DNA from: a virus
Lineage: Duplodnaviria; Caudoviricetes
Length of the DNA: 25,245 nucleotides
Direction: 5' to 3' (one strand)
Virus record (IMG/VR): IMGVR_UViG_3300025723_001163
Span: 1-25,245 of that record
Shown: positions 17,668 through 25,228 of the stretch, one piece after another
Layout: every line of letters starts with the position of its first letter
Position numbering within the stretch: the first letter of the stretch is position 1
The notes under the pieces: generated by a model
The model's database searches: none
Told to the model about the DNA's origin: nothing
What the model saw: the letters and a program-made list of their open reading frames with translations, nothing else
Translations under genes and position numbers: made by a program

Positions 17668-20217
17668 TCACGAGAAGAAATCTTCCAGAGAACTAACCTT
17701 TTCAGTTGACCAACCCATACAGTCCAAGATGACCTTGATTGGCTCAAGAAAGGTCTTTTCGAATTGTGTATCATAATCGATATACTTTGAAATGTCAAAC
17801 TCTTTAGGCAATCTTGCCGGATAAGAGATGACAGTATCTTTGAATGGGTTTGGCATCCGCAGATAAGAGAATTTAATCTTCTCACCTTCCTGAATCAATG
17901 GATACTTCTTGGTTAGTCCCATTTGGTTTAGATGATGATTGTATAGTATGGCGCCTTTGACATGAATAGGAGTTCCAAGTTTATACAACTGTAACGAATC
18001 GGCATACTTAGCAAGTCCATTAATACCACGTGGAAAAGATATGTCTTCTGGTGGTAGACTGCTAAAATACGTTTTGAACTCGGCAATAAACTTGTGCATG
18101 TCTTCTTCAGTTCCAGAAATCATAATCTTGATTGATTCTTTCATCTTGCTACGAACAGCTGCAGGTGTAGATGACTTAATCATTTCAAGACCCATGACTT
18201 TCAAGTCTGGTTCATGGTAACGAACACCTTCATTATCATACACATTCATAATGTAACGTTTCTTGGCCGTCCAAATACCTTTGTTTGCAAGTGCCTCACG
18301 TTTCATTTGCATTTTTTGTGCATAAGCGTGAACATAATCCGCAAGTTCCTGATATGACTTACTGATGTAAGGTTCAATCTTAGATTTGCAAACACGGTCC
18401 ATGAAATCGATAATCTTCTCAGTTGGTACACTAACTTTACCATCTACCCCATAAACTTTATTGACCAAAGGACCAAGTTTTAGGTAAATCGAATCGGTAT
18501 CAGATGCAATTACATAGTCAACATTTTTTGTTTCCAATAGCTTGTTCATGTACTCATTGAGTTTGGCTTCTATCCACCTAATACTAAATTGACCAGCTGT
18601 CGTGACACCCAAAGCCATCCTAAGGTCATAAAAACGAAAATATTGAGAGCCAAGAGCACCGTAAGCAGAATTAAGAGAAACTTTCTTAGCCAATTGTAGG
18701 TTGTTGTATCTTGCAATACGCTTTTCAATTTCATACTTCTTGGATTCATCTCGTTCATTTTCATACTCCTGTTTGGCTTGGAGATACAACTTTTTAAATT
18801 TCTTCCTATCTTCATACATTTCTTCCATCATAGCAGGCAAGAAACCTTGTTTGTCGGTACGAAAGAATTGACCATTAGGTGTCAATGTAACACCTTTCAA
18901 TTTTGATGTATCAATTTGTTTAAGCAATAATTTATCAACACTTACACCTTGTGATAATACCTCACGCATTTCATCGGTATAGTTTTCAGGTTCAATTAAA
19001 GTTTCGGGACTTATGGAATATTGCATCATAAGGTGGGGGTATAAGCTATTGAGGTCAAAGCTAGCAACCCAATCGTGTGCACCAACTTGAACTTCTTTAA
19101 CATATGCACCTTCAAATGCACCATCTTTTTCTTGTACATCTCTTGGAGGAACAACAATATTGTCTTGCATCAAACGATTATATGTCAATGCATCCCACAT
19201 TCTAGTCTGTGCAAACACATCTTCATAGTTACATTTCGTATCGTAGGCCAAAGTCAAAGCCAATTCAATCAACTTCAACTTATCTTCCAGTTTAATAATC
19301 AACTCAACGTCTTTGATGTTATATTCAATGAACTTTTGGAAGTTTAGACGATACAGTTGGTGTAAGTTATCATACTCATCATAGGACAACTTGTTTTCGC
19401 CAATCTCTGCATTAGCGATGGCATCCAAACGATAAGATTCCTGTGATTTACCATCAGGAGCATACCATCTGTATAGTTCAATGTAATCTAATGACGAAAC
19501 GCCCATGATATCATATGCAGTCATTGGTCGGCCATTGATGACAGTCTTACGTTCACCAATATAATTCCATGGTGATAATTTCTTAGTCTCATCTTCGCCG
19601 AGAATCTTACGAAACCGATTAATCAAATATGGAATATCAAAGAACTTGGTGTTCCATCCAGTCAATACGTCTGGTGTGTTATGACCCCATTGTTGAATGA
19701 ATTTCTTACAGAGAGTCCATTCATCTTTGCATTTTATGTAAATCTCTTTGCCTTGGACTTCATAATCACCACAACCAAAAACAAGAGTTGTGCCATTGAT
19801 ATACTTAATACAAATAGCGGTGATTGGTTCGTTAGCTAGATATGGGTCAGGGAAACCATTCTCAGAACCGACCTCAATATCGACTACACCAATGACAACC
19901 TTATCTTGTTCCCAATCGACCATGCCTTTGTGTTGTTCACCGATAAAGGCATACTCATAACGAGTGTTTCCATAGATTTTAGGTGCACCAATAACCTCAT
20001 CAAACTTCTTAGAGTATTCTTTGGCCTCTTTGATGCTATCAAACTTCTTTTGCATTAGAGGCGTACCATCTAATGCTTTGAATTGTGCGTTTTTGTTGGA
20101 TGGAATATAAAGTGATGGTTCATAGTCAATTCTTTGCTTGACTCTTTTGCCATTCATTACGCCTCGGTAGAGAATAGAACTACCGAAGCATTGGACATTA
20201 GTATAAAAATTAGACAT
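17668..20217 (-). CDS. 43: Family B DNA polymerase gp43, unsplit, no intein evident
   Basis: Exo DIE, GWN..FFDIPY, YNIKDV; Pol SFDLNSLYP, K..LNSAYG, DTDS, KKRY. Confidence 0.98.
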   Translation of the reverse strand: MSNFYTNVQCFGSSILYRGVMNGKRVKQRIDYEPSLYIPSNKNAQFKALDGTPLMQKKFDSIKEAKEYSKKFDEVIGAPKIYGNTRYEYAFIGEQHKGMVDWEQDKVVIGVVDIEVGSENGFPDPYLANEPITAICIKYINGTTLVFGCGDYEVQGKEIYIKCKDEWTLCKKFIQQWGHNTPDVLTGWNTKFFDIPYLINRFRKILGEDETKKLSPWNYIGERKTVINGRPMTAYDIMGVSSLDYIELYRWYAPDGKSQESYRLDAIANAEIGENKLSYDEYDNLHQLYRLNFQKFIEYNIKDVELIIKLEDKLKLIELALTLAYDTKCNYEDVFAQTRMWDALTYNRLMQDNIVVPPRDVQEKDGAFEGAYVKEVQVGAHDWVASFDLNSLYPHLMMQYSISPETLIEPENYTDEMREVLSQGVSVDKLLLKQIDTSKLKGVTLTPNGQFFRTDKQGFLPAMMEEMYEDRKKFKKLYLQAKQEYENERDESKKYEIEKRIARYNNLQLAKKVSLNSAYGALGSQYFRFYDLRMALGVTTAGQFSIRWIEAKLNEYMNKLLETKNVDYVIASDTDSIYLKLGPLVNKVYGVDGKVSVPTEKIIDFMDRVCKSKIEPYISKSYQELADYVHAYAQKMQMKREALANKGIWTAKKRYIMNVYDNEGVRYHEPDLKVMGLEMIKSSTPAAVRSKMKESIKIMISGTEEDMHKFIAEFKTYFSSLPPEDISFPRGINGLAKYADSLQLYKLGTPIHVKGAILYNHHLNQMGLTKKYPLIQEGEKIKFSYLRMPNPFKDTVISYPARLPKEFDISKYIDYDTQFEKTFLEPIKVILDCMGWSTEKVSSLEDFFS

Positions 20218-20525
20218 TAACCTGTGATGATTTGTTTTGGAGTTGGAAGAACGATGCCTGAGCCAAAGATTTGATTATAGTTATCAATAAAATCTTGTGC
20301 TGGTACATAAGAGTATACTACACTTGTTGCTGGTATGTCAATGGTTGCATCTTTCTTTTGCGGTGAATGTAATGGGAATGGAGATAAACCTACGTTTGGT
20401 TGTCCGTCTTTACCACGAACAACTGCAATCCCTACAGGATTTTTTACATGCCATTGGCCTTCAAAAATAGAAGCTTCACCTAGAACGTCTTCTCCGCTTG
20501 TCAATTTTAATACTTTAATAGTCAT
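20217..20525 (-). CDS. Small hypothetical protein coupled to gp43 (possible small beta-barrel)
   Basis: GGAG SD, TAATG overlap with gp43, KVLKLTSGEDVLG..Y.QIFGSGIVLP pattern resembling small ORFs next to gp43 in T4-like phages. Confidence 0.8.
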   Translation of the reverse strand: MTIKVLKLTSGEDVLGEASIFEGQWHVKNPVGIAVVRGKDGQPNVGLSPFPLHSPQKKDATIDIPATSVVYSYVPAQDFIDNYNQIFGSGIVLPTPKQIITG

Positions 20526-20549
20526 TTTTTCTCCATAAAAGGTTTCGAG

Positions 20550-20557
20550 TATAAATA
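20550..20557 (+). promoter_or_regulatory. T4-type late promoter TATAAATA
   Basis: Exact consensus, intergenic, upstream of plus-strand ATG 20645. Confidence 0.75.
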
Positions 20558-20560
20558 CTT

Positions 20561-20589
20561 ATTGTACATGAATTCATAAGAACATGCAA
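20561..20589 (-). promoter_or_regulatory. Sigma70-type promoter for the replication operon
   Basis: TTGCAT-N17-TACAAT pointing at ATG 20525. Confidence 0.7.
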
Positions 20590-20644
20590 GGTGTTCGTGC
20601 CATCTTTACCATAATGATTAAATTATAAGGGGAAGTGGCTTTAA

Positions 20645-21466
20645 ATGGATCCAATTACGCTATTTGCTATGGCTAATACAGCCGTGGCAGCCGTAAAAAA
20701 AGGTTGTCAACTATACAAAGATATTAAAGGTGCAGCAGGAGAGGTTAAATCCGTCCTGAAGGACCTTGACGACCAGTTCCACAAAGCACATCCTCCTGGC
20801 ACTCCAGTTTCCGTAGAAGTTAAGAATCAATTCATACAAGAAAAGAATCGTGTCATTGAATTAAACAAACGTGGTGGCGAGACTACTGGTATCTATACTG
20901 AACTTGGTAATTACCTTGGCGACTTCTTTGATTCTATGACAAAATGTATGGCCGTGATTGAAGAAGAAGAAAGAAAGAACCGTGAAGAGTTATATGAGGG
21001 TGAATCGAGTCTAGGTAAACGTGCATTACAACTTGTTCTAATGAAGAAACAATTACAACAAATGCAAGTTGAGTTACGTGAGATGATGGTTTATAACGCA
21101 CCTGAAGAATTAGGTGGTTTGTGGACTGATGTAAGTGAGATGATGAAGTCTATGGGGTCTGAGCAAAAGATTTTGCTAAAGAAAAAACTCCGTGACGAAG
21201 AAAGAGCTGCAGCCAGAAAACGTGCCAAATTAAAAATGTATATGACTGAATTATCTTATGGTGTTCTTGCATTTACATTAGTGGTTACGATGGTAATACT
21301 AATGGCATGGGTTTCACATGATAGAAAACAAAGATGGCCTGAACTAGAACCTGAAGTCATTGCTCAAAGACAGGCCGAACGTAAACGAATACACTTGTTG
21401 GAATTACAAGAATACGAACAAAAATTACAAAGAGAAGATGAAGAACTCAAACAACAATCAGAATGA
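20645..21466 (+). CDS. Coiled-coil protein with one C-proximal transmembrane helix, function unknown
   Basis: 273-aa ORF, E/K/Q-rich helices, hydrophobic YGVLAFTLVVTMVILMAWV; late promoter upstream. Confidence 0.75.
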   Translation: MDPITLFAMANTAVAAVKKGCQLYKDIKGAAGEVKSVLKDLDDQFHKAHPPGTPVSVEVKNQFIQEKNRVIELNKRGGETTGIYTELGNYLGDFFDSMTKCMAVIEEEERKNREELYEGESSLGKRALQLVLMKKQLQQMQVELREMMVYNAPEELGGLWTDVSEMMKSMGSEQKILLKKKLRDEERAAARKRAKLKMYMTELSYGVLAFTLVVTMVILMAWVSHDRKQRWPELEPEVIAQRQAERKRIHLLELQEYEQKLQREDEELKQQSE

Positions 21467-21602
21467 TGATGATATTGTTGAAGAAATGTCCTTTTCGGAT
21501 TTTCTTATAGAATTACCGCTCAAATTCTTCTTTGCATTTATTGCATTTCTATGGACTATTGCAATGGCTGTAGTTATAATTTACGTTAAATTTGTAAGGT
21601 AA
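21438..21602 (+). CDS. Small single-pass membrane protein
   Basis: ATG 21438 (or 21486) in the track frame; acidic N-terminus, hydrophobic FFFAFIAFLWTIAMAVVIIYV, basic end. Confidence 0.55.
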   Translation: MKNSNNNQNDDDIVEEMSFSDFLIELPLKFFFAFIAFLWTIAMAVVIIYVKFVR

Positions 21603-21791
21603 TCAAGCGTAAGTGTCTTGTGTATTTGGTTGAACTTCATGCAGTAACTGGCCGTTCTGGTCATATACTTTAGCTGTATCTGCATCAGCACTATTAGCAA
21701 AGTTTCTGGCTTCTTCAAATGAACCAAACATATGATTATATGACTCTAAAATACCGTTAACCCATTTGTGTCTTTTTACCATGTGTGACAT
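21603..21791 (-). CDS. 62-aa hypothetical protein
   Basis: Strong TAAGGAG SD 6 nt before ATG; CTAAATA late-like box at 21812-21818. Confidence 0.75.
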   Translation of the reverse strand: MSHMVKRHKWVNGILESYNHMFGSFEEARNFANSADADTAKVYDQNGQLLHEVQPNTQDTYA

Positions 21792-21801
21792 ATAAAACTC
21801 C

Positions 21802-22845
21802 TTAAAGGAAGTATTTAGTCCAAATCTTCCTTGTCTTGTTTGTGTAGTTTGTTAGTTGAATTTGGTTCAACCAAACGTTTATTTTTGGATGGTGATAAGC
21901 ACATTCAAGTTTATCAGCAATGTCTTTACTATCGGTGGCATCTGCATTGTATACATTAGAAGACCAAGGAATCTCTTTACTTCCTACCAATGGAACACCT
22001 TGTGAAATCAAATCTGCACCGACAATATTGAATGTTTCGGAGAAACTAACTTGTAATCCAATGTCCATGTTAGCACACAGTTCCAAGAATTGTTCTCTTG
22101 GTGTCCATTGGTGATTAATCAGTTGATGACCAGAATCGTCTAAATGCTCAAACATACCCCTAAGGTTATTGATGACTGCATCACCTTTCATTTCGATACG
22201 GCCTGCATTCACATGGAAATTCAACTTCTTGCCAATCTTATTAGCAAAGTCTAAGGCTGCAATTGCTTGTACCATATGATTCTTCAATGGTCGAACTGCA
22301 CCAAAACAAGCAATGTCTATTGTATCTTTGTTTCTATTGAATTCTTTTCTTACATATTCTTGTGGATAAAAATTAGGTAAGTATATAACTCTATTATCAA
22401 TGATTAGGCCAGGATGTTTTGTTTGTAAAAATGTTTTAACTTCACGCATCATTCTAGGTGCATTAACACCAATCTTTACATTATCGTAACAAGAATATTC
22501 TGCAATCCAATCCATGGCCATGCCTTCACCTGCCATGAATGGCATCTCAGAATGAAGACGTATAATCCATTTTACTTTTGGATGTAATTTTGTAAGTACC
22601 GCAAACTTTGTTGGTACAACCCATAATGCTTCTATGATGACATGGGTTGGTTTATATAAGTTTACTTCTCTATCGATATCATTGTTGTCTGTACACACAG
22701 ATAATTTTGACTCTATGCCACTTTTCTGTAACATATTATCCATAAATTTGGCTGAATTGTAAAGGCCTGTACTCAGGCCAATATTTTGATGCAATACGCT
22801 ATTATAGTCTTCTCTGCGCTTGAGAAGAAACAGGACTCTGGCCAT
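21802..22845 (-). CDS. GT-B fold (GT4-like) glycosyltransferase
   Basis: IIRLHS, FGAVRPLKN, SETFNIVGAD (E-x7-D), GVPLV; AGGTG SD. Confidence 0.8.
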   Translation of the reverse strand: MARVLFLLKRREDYNSVLHQNIGLSTGLYNSAKFMDNMLQKSGIESKLSVCTDNNDIDREVNLYKPTHVIIEALWVVPTKFAVLTKLHPKVKWIIRLHSEMPFMAGEGMAMDWIAEYSCYDNVKIGVNAPRMMREVKTFLQTKHPGLIIDNRVIYLPNFYPQEYVRKEFNRNKDTIDIACFGAVRPLKNHMVQAIAALDFANKIGKKLNFHVNAGRIEMKGDAVINNLRGMFEHLDDSGHQLINHQWTPREQFLELCANMDIGLQVSFSETFNIVGADLISQGVPLVGSKEIPWSSNVYNADATDSKDIADKLECAYHHPKINVWLNQIQLTNYTNKTRKIWTKYFL

Positions 22846-22880
22846 GATTATTCACCTAAAAATTTGAAGTAGTTTGTATA

Positions 22881-22954
22881 TGGTTGCGGGACCCGGAGTC
22901 GCACCAGGAACTGAGGATTATGAGTCCTCCGTAATTCTGTTTTACTATCCCGCT
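22881..22954 (-). tRNA. tRNA-Met(CAT), initiator-like
   Basis: AGCGGGA/TCCCGCA with A1xA72 mismatch, GAGGA-CTCATAA-TCCTC, encoded CCA. Confidence 0.85.
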
Positions 22955-23000
22955 ATTGATATATATGCGAATACTATGTGTAGGATTTATTACTACAATA

Positions 23001-23074
23001 TGGAGCGGAATGCCAGAATCGAACTGACAACAGAAGGTTGGAAACCTACAGTTTTACCATTAAACTAATTCCGC
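23001..23074 (-). tRNA. tRNA-Gly(TCC)
   Basis: GCGGAAT/ATTCCGC, U73, loop TTTCCAA, TTCGA, CCA. Confidence 0.93.
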
Positions 23075-23079
23075 AAATT

Positions 23080-23154
23080 TGGAGCGGGTAGAGGGAATCG
23101 AACCCTCAACTAAACCTTGGCAAGGTCTTGTGTTACCACTAGCACCATACCCGC
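23080..23154 (-). tRNA. tRNA-Gly(GCC)
   Basis: GCGGGTA/TACCCGC, U73, AGACC-TTGCCAA-GGTTT, CCA. Confidence 0.95.
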
Positions 23155-23166
23155 ATCATGTTGTCT

Positions 23167-23195
23167 ATTATATAGGCTCCTAATCAATAAGTCAA
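23167..23195 (-). promoter_or_regulatory. Near-consensus sigma70 promoter for tRNA-Gly/Gly/Met and probably the GT-B gene
   Basis: TTGACT-N17-TATAAT, 12 nt upstream of tRNA-Gly(GCC). Confidence 0.85.
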
Positions 23196-23218
23196 GCGTT
23201 ATAACGGCAAACTTATAA

Positions 23219-23503
23219 TTAAATTGCTGTGTCGATTTCTACACAACTTCCTTGGTCGGTCCACATGAATGTCAGTCTTTTATGTAGTGATTTAAAATCA
23301 TATTCAATACTATGTTGGCCATTTATTATAGGAAATGTGGTAATGCTATCAGGCGTACCCATACCTTCAAAAAATGGCGAGGTCATCTCAGACATAGTTG
23401 CTACAATGTTACTGACACATGATTTAGTTATGGAAGTATCTGATGTACCTCCACCGCCACATGCAGTTGCCAAAAATGATAAAAGTAATATAGTGTTTTT
23501 CAT
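23219..23503 (-). CDS. Small lipoprotein
   Basis: MKNTILLLSFLATA|C signal peptide II, GGGG-S/T linker, two further Cys. Confidence 0.75.
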   Translation of the reverse strand: MKNTILLLSFLATACGGGGTSDTSITKSCVSNIVATMSEMTSPFFEGMGTPDSITTFPIINGQHSIEYDFKSLHKRLTFMWTDQGSCVEIDTAI

Positions 23504-23510
23504 GGATGCA

Positions 23511-23539
23511 ATTATACATCAGTATGAAACCCACCACAA
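23511..23539 (-). promoter_or_regulatory. Sigma70-type promoter, probably giving a leaderless lipoprotein mRNA
   Basis: TTGTGG-N17-TATAAT with 7 nt between -10 box and ATG 23503, no SD. Confidence 0.6.
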
Positions 23540-23576
23540 TAGGATATTACTTTTATTACTCTTGTTACAATATTAC

Positions 23577-23653
23577 TGGTGCCCACGGAGAGACTCGAAC
23601 TCTCAGAACCTGGTTTCTAAGACCAGTACGTATACCAATTCCGTCACATGGGC
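23577..23653 (-). tRNA. tRNA-Leu(TAG), short variable region
   Basis: GCCCATG/CGTGGGC, A73, CTGGT-CTTAGAA-ACCAG, CCA. Confidence 0.9.
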
Positions 23654-23658
23654 ATATT

Positions 23659-23734
23659 TGGTGCAACCTGTTGGAATCGAACCAACTTCCACGGCTCTTC
23701 AGACCGCCGCTATGACCACATCAGCTAAGGTTGC
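23659..23734 (-). tRNA. tRNA-Phe(GAA)
   Basis: GCAACCT/AGGTTGC, GCGGT-CTGAAGA-GCCGT, CCA. Confidence 0.92.
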
Positions 23735-23735
23735 A

Positions 23736-23809
23736 TGGTACCTCGTGACAGAATCGAACTGCCGTAACCGTCTTGTAAGGGTGGTGTTCTACCATTAAAC
23801 TAACGAGGC
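23736..23809 (-). tRNA. tRNA-Val(TAC), weak anticodon stem
   Basis: GCCTCGT/ACGAGGT, CCACC-CTTACAA-GACGG (2 mismatches), CCA. Confidence 0.85.
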
Positions 23810-23810
23810 A

Positions 23811-24287
23811 TTATTCTTGTTCAGCAAGAATTCTTTTTAACCTATCGGCACAAAAAGAAGCTGCTGGTGCATCTGGTTTAACCATTGGTGTCATGTTGCA
23901 TGTACCTTTGATATAACCAATTGCTTGTTGTACTACACATGAAGAACCAAATAGATCCGATTTATTCAGGTCTAAATGTACTTCAACATGAAAGTCTTCT
24001 AGAACTTCAGCAAGTGATTGGAATAAATCCGAAACTTTGTAAACTTCGGTCATCAGTCTCATTGCTGGTTTACTTTTCTTATGGTCGTAATCAATTTCAC
24101 GTTCAACGTATCCAAAGATTTTACAACCATGACAGCCATCGATATGCACAACTACAGCCAAAGCATAGTCTGCATACCAAACTCCATTGATTCTTACTCT
24201 TTCCGAGTCAGCACCAAGATAGACTTTTGTATCTGGTCCTTGGTCTGCAAGAAATGATTTAACTTCTTCTATGTTAAATTGCTTCAT
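23811..24287 (-). CDS. RNase H-like YkuK (DUF458) family protein
   Basis: VYLGADS, AVVVH, RLMTEV, EVHLDLN, VKPDAPAASFCADR; ATG 24287 with AAGGTGG SD preferred over track start 24314. Confidence 0.85.
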   Translation of the reverse strand: MKQFNIEEVKSFLADQGPDTKVYLGADSERVRINGVWYADYALAVVVHIDGCHGCKIFGYVEREIDYDHKKSKPAMRLMTEVYKVSDLFQSLAEVLEDFHVEVHLDLNKSDLFGSSCVVQQAIGYIKGTCNMTPMVKPDAPAASFCADRLKRILAEQE

Positions 24288-24298
24288 ATAACCACCTT

Positions 24299-24306
24299 TA
24301 TAAATA
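24299..24306 (+). promoter_or_regulatory. T4-type late promoter TATAAATA
   Basis: Exact consensus 22 nt upstream of ATG 24329. Confidence 0.75.
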
Positions 24307-24328
24307 TTGAACAACTATACAATTTAAA

Positions 24329-24946
24329 ATGAACCTCTACGATGAATTGGGTCTAAGTCCAAAATGTACGTTTGAAGAAATCAAACTACGATACAGAGCT
24401 TTAGCTCAACAACACCATCCAGATAAAGGCGGCAATGAAGACGCCTTTAAAAGAATCAAACTTGCTTATGAGGTACTTAGTGATCCAACCAGACGAGCAG
24501 AATATGATTCAACAGGAAAAATACACCAAGACATTCCTGTAAGAACCGAAGCGTTACAAGAAATAGCAGGTCTTGTTAAATTTTGTATAGACAAAGTGAA
24601 TCCAGACCATGAAGATTTAATCTATGCAATGAAGCAAGAATTAAAAGGCAATATCAGCCGTGTTAACGGTGACATTGTTATGTGTCAAGGATTCATTCTT
24701 AAATTGGATAAACACTTGAAAAAAGTTAACCGCAAAAAAGATGGCGAAAATTTTATTAAAAGTGTGATTCAGGATCAACTTAAAGTCCGTGAAAAAGAAT
24801 TGGCCGGGTTCAATCACAGAATAGAAGTTTGCAATTATATGCTTGAGATACTTGAAGACTATTATTATGGTTTAGATTTATCCACCTTACTTGAAGGTGT
24901 TACCCCAACTGAATGGCATCCCGCCAAGGAATCGAACCTCGACTAA
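24329..24946 (+). CDS. Type III J-domain (DnaJ-like) protein with helical C-terminal region
   Basis: LYDELGL..EIK..YR.LA..HHPDKGG..F..I..AYEVLSDP..R..YD. Confidence 0.9.
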   Translation: MNLYDELGLSPKCTFEEIKLRYRALAQQHHPDKGGNEDAFKRIKLAYEVLSDPTRRAEYDSTGKIHQDIPVRTEALQEIAGLVKFCIDKVNPDHEDLIYAMKQELKGNISRVNGDIVMCQGFILKLDKHLKKVNRKKDGENFIKSVIQDQLKVREKELAGFNHRIEVCNYMLEILEDYYYGLDLSTLLEGVTPTEWHPAKESNLD

Positions 24947-24987
24947 CAATTTTGGAGATTGCTGTGCTACCACTACACCAGCGAGAC
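24914..24987 (-). tRNA. tRNA-Trp(CCA)
   Basis: GTCTCGC/GCGGGAT, G73, GCAAT-CTCCAAA-ATTGT, CCA. Confidence 0.92.
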
Positions 24988-24989
24988 AT

Positions 24990-25063
24990 TGGTACCCATG
25001 AAAAGAATTGAACTTTTGTCTATCGATTATCGGTCGATTGCTCTACCATTGAGCTACATGGGC
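24990..25063 (-). tRNA. tRNA-Ile(GAT)
   Basis: GCCCATG/CATGGGT, ATCGA-CCGATAA-TCGAT, CCA. Confidence 0.9.
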
Positions 25064-25071
25064 ATTTAACA

Positions 25072-25146
25072 TGGTCGGTCCTGAGAGAATCAAACTCCCA
25101 CTTCAACGTTCGTAGCGTTGTGTAATATTCATTTTACTAAGGACCG
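25072..25146 (-). tRNA. tRNA-Arg(ACG)
   Basis: CGGTCCT/AGGACCG, CAACG-CTACGAA-CGTTG, CCA. Confidence 0.9.
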
Positions 25147-25148
25147 AT

Positions 25149-25223
25149 TGGTAGTGACGGAGGGATTCGAGCCCCCAACCTAATCCGTATGAAGGATTTG
25201 CTCTACCGTTAAGCTACGTCACT
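25149..25223 (-). tRNA. tRNA-Met(CAT), probably elongator (Ile2 not excluded)
   Basis: AGTGACG/CGTCACT fully paired, AATCC-TTCATAC-GGATT, CCA. Confidence 0.88.
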
Positions 25224-25228
25224 ATGAA

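Noticed and set aside
525-19347. Many short plus-strand and alternate-frame ORFs in the track (e.g. 525..944, 9545..9847, 15171..15440, 17658..17885)
   Set aside because: Shadows of well-supported minus-strand genes with no motifs or expression signals
16588-20217. T4-style hydroxymethylcytosine locus (gp42, beta-gt) between 43 and uvsX; intron, intein or split in gp43
   Set aside because: Only 45 nt separate the genes and gp43 is a continuous 849-aa ORF of normal size
22874-24190. Plus-strand ORFs 22874..23068, 23229..23798, 23506..23715, 23921..24190
   Set aside because: Antisense translations of tRNA genes, the lipoprotein and the YkuK-like gene
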